Shown here in pieces: positions 59,543 to 64,000 of a stretch of 64,000 bases of DNA. The translations under genes and the position numbers were made by a program. Within the stretch, counting starts at the first letter, position 1. Every line of letters starts with the position of its first letter. Location of the stretch: positions 1,847 to 65,846 of the forward strand of contig JAZKER010000043.1 of NCBI GenBank assembly GCA_040386955.1, given 5' to 3'. The notes under the pieces were generated by a model. The model did no database searches. It saw only the letters and a list, made by a program, of their open reading frames with translations, and had not been told where the DNA came from. This DNA comes from Verrucomicrobiota bacterium. GTDB lineage: Bacteria > Verrucomicrobiota > Verrucomicrobiia > Verrucomicrobiales > Verrucomicrobiaceae.

Positions 59543-60322
59543 CTAACTCTTCTGCCCGAGCCACACGGCCATGAGGCCAGCACGGCTGTTGACGCCGAAT
59601 TTACGGAAGATTTCGGTGATGTGTTTGTGGGTCATGCCCACGGTCTTCCCGATCTCCTCGGCGATCTGTTTTTCGCTGAGTTCGGTAAGAAGGAGTTTGG
59701 TGACCTGGCGCTGGATGGGCGAGAGGGGGCGCTCGGCGATCAGCAGGCCGTGGCTGAGAGCGAGCTGGCGGTGAAACCATTTGATGCCCCGCAGCGCGTA
59801 AGTTGCGATGGCTTCCTCCTCGGCGGTGAAATCCGATTCTCCACCCACGCGCTGGAACCCAAAGAAGGATTCGCAATCTTCATTGAGAGGAAAGGAGATG
59901 AAAAGCTGATCGTGAAACCCACGCGAGGCGTGGAAGGTTTGATAGTATTCCTCGTGGAACCAGGCGGGGCGCATGACGTGACGGAGGCGGAAGGCGCGGA
60001 AGGTGCCCATATCGCGCGCGGCTCTGGCGATCCCTTCGTTCGGCTCGCTGCGCTTCCATTTCGCGGCCTGGGCGCGGTAAGCTTCGTCATGGATCGGGGC
60101 GGGGTGGAGATGGCAGTAGGCGCGCGGGCGAAATCCTTTCAGAGGGTCCTCCGGGAGCGTGGAATCGAGGCGCACGGAGCCGAGCCAGTGGGCATTCCCC
60201 GCATGGATCATGCCGGCGATGGCTTCCATCAGATAAAGCTGCGCGCGATCGGTTTCGGAAACTGGAAAGTCCGCCAGCCGGTCCCACAGGAGGTGAATCG
60301 CGTCTTGCTGGGCTTTCGTCAT
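59543..60322 (-). CDS. LuxR-family transcriptional regulator (C-terminal HTH, uncharacterised N-domain)
   Basis: LSPIQRQVTKLLLTELSEKQIAEEIGKTVGMTHKHITEIFRKFGVNSRAGL. Start probably MTKAQQ at 60322; the ORF is open to 60412. Confidence 0.7.
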   Translation of the reverse strand: MTKAQQDAIHLLWDRLADFPVSETDRAQLYLMEAIAGMIHAGNAHWLGSVRLDSTLPEDPLKGFRPRAYCHLHPAPIHDEAYRAQAAKWKRSEPNEGIARAARDMGTFRAFRLRHVMRPAWFHEEYYQTFHASRGFHDQLFISFPLNEDCESFFGFQRVGGESDFTAEEEAIATYALRGIKWFHRQLALSHGLLIAERPLSPIQRQVTKLLLTELSEKQIAEEIGKTVGMTHKHITEIFRKFGVNSRAGLMAVWLGQKS

Positions 60323-60438
60323 GAGGCAGTAAAGTGTGTTCTCACCGCCCTGCCGGAGGCTGGAACATGGCGTCCTGACAAGGCATTCACATTCAGGGCG
60401 GAGCGGAACCAAGGGGGCTATTTAGCCACGTTGTCAAA

Positions 60439-60460
60439 TTCGATGATCCTTCGATGATCC
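60439..60460. promoter_or_regulatory. Perfect 11-bp tandem direct repeat in the divergent luxR / PEP-CTERM-gene intergenic region
   Basis: ttcgatgatcc occurs twice with no spacer (60439-60449 and 60450-60460). Confidence 0.35.
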
Positions 60461-60531
60461 CAGGCGTGATTGACCGACACTTTCGGCACGCTGCCCGCCT
60501 CTCCCAGTAAACTAAAATCCATCGAAATTTC

Positions 60532-62814
60532 GTGCAGCCAGTCCACTTCCTCCTCGCCCTCGCCGCCGTTTTCGCAGTCTCCTCCCTCCACGCCACTGGC
60601 CTCACCTCCACGGGCCGTGTGGAAGGCGACGCCTTTGGCGGGTCCGCGAGCCTGTCCGGCACCACCGCCCTCGTCGGGGAGAAGAACAAAAGCAGCTTTC
60701 AAGGCGCGGCTTACATCTACTGGGCGGTGACTACCGGCACCAGCACCGCCCGCACCCAGAATATCAAACTCACCGCCTCGGATGGCACATCTTACCTTCA
60801 ATTCGGCGCTTCCACGAGCCTGTCCGGTGCCACCGCCCTCGTCGGCGCTTTTGGCTTCAATGGTCAAACCGGGGCGGCCTACGTCTTTCGGGATGTGACC
60901 ACCGGCAGCGGCGGCACCCGCACCGAGAACCTCAAGCTCATCGCCTCAGACGGCGCGTCTGGCGATCAATTCGGAGGATCTGTGAGCCAGTCCGGCACCA
61001 CCGCCCTCGTCGGCGCACAGTATGCGCGGGTCGGGGCGAACGCCCTCCAAGGTTCAGCCTATGTCTTCCGGGACGTGTCCACCGCGAGTGGCACCCGCAC
61101 CGAGGACCTCAAGCTCATCGCCTCAGAGGCGGCCACTTTCTTCGGCTCGTCCCTGAGCCTGTCTGGCAGCACCGCCATCGTCGGCGCGAACCGGACGGGT
61201 ATCGATCGGTCCGGCTCAGCCTACGTCTTTCGAAATGTGACCACAGGCAGCGGCGGCACCCGCACCGAGGACCTCAGGCTCACCGCCTCGGACGCTGGGT
61301 ACAACGATTTCTTCGGCCACTCAGTGAGCCAATCCGGCACCATTGCCATCGTCGGTGCGAATGGCAAAAATGCCTTGCGGGGCGCAGCCTACGTCTTCCG
61401 AGATGTGAGCACAGGCAGCGGTAGTATCACGGAGGATCTCAAGCTCGCCGCTTCGGATGGCGGAGCGGAAGACAAATTCGGCGAATCCGTAAGCCTGTCC
61501 GCCACCACCGCCCTTGTCGGCGCGATGGGCAAAAGCTCGTTTACGGGCGCAGTCTATCTCTACCGGGATGTGACCACAGGCAGCGGTACCCGCACCCAGG
61601 ATATCAAGCTCACCGCCTCGGATGCCATCTCGAACGCCTACTTCGGCAACGCTGTGAACATCGATGGCGATGACTTCATCATCGGATCGTATGGCAAAGA
61701 TTCCTTCCGGGGCAAAGCCTACGTCGGCAGTGTTTCCAGCATGACCACGTTGGATGCCGGCAATGCCAGCCGCATCATTGCCGGCATCAGCTTCACCTCG
61801 CAAGAGAACTGGACCATCGGCCAAACCACGGACGCCAACATCGTAACCCTCTCCGCCGGAGATACGGCCCGCGTCACCGCCGCCTCCACCACCGTGTCCA
61901 TCGGCAAGGAAGCTGGGTCGGACAATAATCGGCTCGTCATCGCTGGCACCCTCACCGCCAATGAGATTCACATCGGCTCCCTCGCAGGCAATCAAGGCAA
62001 CATGCTGCAGATCGGCTCTGGCGGCACTACCGGCTCAGTGGCAGGCGACATCATCAACCACGGCAACCTGACCTTTAACCGCAGCGATGCTTCCACCCAC
62101 ACGCATCTGATCTCCGGCACCGGAACGGTTACCAAGCTCGGCACCGGCACCCTCACTCTTACGGCTGCGAGCACTTACACCGGCCTGACGGCGATCAATC
62201 GCGGCAAGCTCATCGTGGACGGTTCCATCGCCAGCTCCGCCGTCGCGATCAACAGCAGTGGCACCCTCAGCGGCCAGGGCACCGTCGGTGCGGTGACGCT
62301 CAACAGCGGCGGCACGATCTCCCCCGGCAACAGCCCCGGTATCCTGAACACTGGCAACGAGATTTGGAACAGCGGCGGCAGCTACCTGTGGGAACTCAAC
62401 TCCGCCACAGGAGTCGCCGGAACGAACTGGGATCTGCTCAACATCACCGGCACGCTCTCTCTCGACAGCCTTGCCGCCGCTGCCCCGTTTTCGATCAAGG
62501 TCATTTCGCTGGGGTTGGATCACAACCCGGGCCAAGCCGCCAACTTCGATCTGGCGCAGAATTATTCGTGGGTCCTGACCACCGCCAGCAGCGGCGTCAC
62601 GGGTTTCTCCGCCGACAAATTTGCCATCGATACCAGCGGCTTTCTGAATTTCCCCAGCAATGGCGGCTTCACAGTCAGCCAGATCGGCAACGACGTCCTC
62701 CTCAGATTTGCCATCGTCCCCGAGCCCTCAAGGGCGATGCTGCTGGGTTGCGCCCTCAGCGGTCTGACGTTGCTGCGCCTGCGCGGCCGACGTTTGAGCC
62801 ATGAGATCCTCTGA
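60532..62814 (+). CDS. Surface protein: FG-GAP-like repeats + autotransporter-associated beta-strand repeats + PEP-CTERM anchor
   Basis: Signal peptide. About 9 repeats of the type FGxSVSxSGxTALVGA...GAAYVFRDVTTGSG. GTGTVTKLGTGTLTLTAASTYTGLTAINRGKLIVDG. C-terminus VPEPSRAMLLGCALSGLTLLRLRGRR. Confidence 0.75.
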   Translation: MQPVHFLLALAAVFAVSSLHATGLTSTGRVEGDAFGGSASLSGTTALVGEKNKSSFQGAAYIYWAVTTGTSTARTQNIKLTASDGTSYLQFGASTSLSGATALVGAFGFNGQTGAAYVFRDVTTGSGGTRTENLKLIASDGASGDQFGGSVSQSGTTALVGAQYARVGANALQGSAYVFRDVSTASGTRTEDLKLIASEAATFFGSSLSLSGSTAIVGANRTGIDRSGSAYVFRNVTTGSGGTRTEDLRLTASDAGYNDFFGHSVSQSGTIAIVGANGKNALRGAAYVFRDVSTGSGSITEDLKLAASDGGAEDKFGESVSLSATTALVGAMGKSSFTGAVYLYRDVTTGSGTRTQDIKLTASDAISNAYFGNAVNIDGDDFIIGSYGKDSFRGKAYVGSVSSMTTLDAGNASRIIAGISFTSQENWTIGQTTDANIVTLSAGDTARVTAASTTVSIGKEAGSDNNRLVIAGTLTANEIHIGSLAGNQGNMLQIGSGGTTGSVAGDIINHGNLTFNRSDASTHTHLISGTGTVTKLGTGTLTLTAASTYTGLTAINRGKLIVDGSIASSAVAINSSGTLSGQGTVGAVTLNSGGTISPGNSPGILNTGNEIWNSGGSYLWELNSATGVAGTNWDLLNITGTLSLDSLAAAAPFSIKVISLGLDHNPGQAANFDLAQNYSWVLTTASSGVTGFSADKFAIDTSGFLNFPSNGGFTVSQIGNDVLLRFAIVPEPSRAMLLGCALSGLTLLRLRGRRLSHEIL

Positions 62815-63096
62815 TTTCTCTTCCTGTTGAAGGGACCATCCGGCGACAAGCTGCATGGCTTGAGCTTCGCTGAGAGTCTGGGGCGCAGGTCTTTTTTGTG
62901 TGCAACGGTTCACAACTTGCCTCGCGTCATCAAAGATGGGCATCCAGCCTGATGGCTGCCAATTTCATTTGCCGCAATGCTTCTTGGAACCTGGCCCTTT
63001 TTGCAATTACTGGTGGCTCATCTGGGTGTGCCATTCTCTGATTGCAGGCGAAGCAAGTTTTGCGAGCCCTTGTATTTCAAGGCTTGACCGGGACAG

Positions 63097-63186
63097 TGGC
63101 GGTGAGAGAGGGATTCGAACCCTCGGTAGCGGTAAGGCTACGTATCTTTAGCAAAGATATGCTTTCGACCACTCAGCCATCTCACC
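63097..63186 (-). tRNA. tRNA-Ser (anticodon GCU), CCA encoded
   Basis: Minus-strand GGTGAGATGGCTGAGTGGTCGAAAGCATATCTTTGCTAAAGATACGTAGCCTTACCGCTACCGAGGGTTCGAATCCCTCTCTCACCGCCA. 7-bp acceptor stem, anticodon stem TATCT/AGATA with loop TTGCTAA, long variable arm, T-loop GGTTCGAATCC, discriminator G. Confidence 0.9.
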
Positions 63187-63320
63187 AAAACTGTCTTCCC
63201 GCAGTGCGGGCAGGTGGGACTATTAGCGCGACACTGGGGCTGCCGTCAATTCAAAAGATGCACTCATGAAACAGAATCTCCACTTCCCCCTTCGCGGGTC
63301 CTGCGTACGCTAGCTTGTCT

Positions 63321-64000
63321 ATGAACGGGAACCCCTCCGACCGCCCAGGCACCCTGGAAAAAGCTCTCAAGATCAATCTCGCCCACAAGATCTACGGCAC
63401 CTTTGCCGAAATCGGGGCCGGGCAGGAGATCGCCAACTGGTTCTTCCGCGCGGGCGGGGCCTCCGGCACGGTGGCCAAGACCATGTCCGCCTATGACATG
63501 ACCTTCAGCGATGAGATCTATGGTAAAAGCGCCCGCTACGTCTCGCGCCAGCGCATGGTGGCCATGCTGGATCACGAGTACCAGATCGTGCATGAGCGCC
63601 TCGCCGAAAAGCGTGGGCAGGGGACCACCTTTTTTGCCCTGGCCAATACCGTCCGCGCCAAAGGCTTCCGCGATACCAAGGAGGAGTGCCATGGCTGGAT
63701 GGGCCTGCGTTTTCAAACGGACCCCATGGGCCCCTGCAATGACATCCAGCTCCACGTCCGCCTTACCGATGCCACCAATGCCCGCCAGGCCGAGGCCCTG
63801 GGCATCCTCGGTGTCAATCTCCTCTACGCCGCCTACCACCTGCGCGACCACCTGCCCACCTTCCTCCACAGCCTCATGGATGAGCTGTCGCGCTGGCGCG
63901 TGGAGATCGACATGGTGGACTTCAGCGGCCCCGCCTTTGAAGCCCCCGTTTATCAAGACCGCCTCGTCGCCCTGGAACTCGTCCGCAGCGACCTTGCCGA
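63321..64000 (+). CDS. Conserved hypothetical protein, N-terminal 226 codons (runs off the window end)
   Basis: Absent from the ORF track because no stop is reached. ATG at 63321, open to 64000. MNGNPSDRPGTLEKALKINLAHKIYGTFAEIGAGQEIANWFFRAGGASGTVAKTMSAYDMTFSDEIYG... has host-like codon bias. The antisense 63264-63956 ORF is the shadow of this gene. Confidence 0.7.
   Translation, partial: MNGNPSDRPGTLEKALKINLAHKIYGTFAEIGAGQEIANWFFRAGGASGTVAKTMSAYDMTFSDEIYGKSARYVSRQRMVAMLDHEYQIVHERLAEKRGQGTTFFALANTVRAKGFRDTKEECHGWMGLRFQTDPMGPCNDIQLHVRLTDATNARQAEALGILGVNLLYAAYHLRDHLPTFLHSLMDELSRWRVEIDMVDFSGPAFEAPVYQDRLVALELVRSDLA

Noticed and set aside
62876-62904. Possible third copy of the repeated terminator element (gtctggggcgcaggtcttttttgtgtgca)
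   Set aside because: It shares only the right arm and the TTTTGTGTGCA tail, and no complementary left arm is present. It may simply reflect a common terminator tail, so it is not counted as a repeat copy.
63264-63956. 230-aa minus-strand ORF next to the tRNA
   Set aside because: It is the shadow of the plus-strand gene that starts at 63321 and runs off the window, which is why that gene is missing from the track. The plus frame has host-like codon bias and a conserved-looking sequence.

Overview
High-GC chromosomal window, probably from a PVC-group (Verrucomicrobiota-like) bacterium. That taxon call is an inference from the gene content: PEP-CTERM cargo proteins with autotransporter-associated beta-strand repeats, a DUF1501/DUF1592 pair, ThuA and DUF4394. 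I can support about 50 protein genes, one tRNA-Ser(GCU), several clear intrinsic terminators and one decayed pseudogene. I see no rRNA, CRISPR array, transposase or integrase. Most of the window is ordinary housekeeping, envelope and regulatory content: atpC end, NarL-type two-component pair, ECF sigma operon, folB, katG, DEAD-box helicase, L,D-transpeptidase, a tesA/ybbA/ybbP-like module, and ArsR, LysR and LuxR regulators. Three visibly AT-rich patches stand out: about 31.9-32.75 kb (one orphan secreted protein), about 38.49-38.70 kb (leader of a two-gene heme-c/flavoprotein cassette bracketed by two copies of the same terminator), and about 48.62-52.36 kb. The last patch is the main candidate system. 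It is a 3.7 kb integrase-less island carrying a tightly overlapped three-gene operon: a 306-aa putative effector, a 163-aa small protein, and a 719-aa ABC/SMC-like ATPase. The gene order matches Lamassu (DdmABC) / ABC-3C conflict systems, with three unusual details. The ATPase has a central CPTC zinc-hook-like motif. It also ends in a disordered acidic tail, ...ASDDDDIPF, that copies the canonical SSB C-terminal tip. The putative effector has an Mrr/REase-like motif in which the expected lysine is replaced. All family assignments come from motif recognition by eye; no database search was possible.
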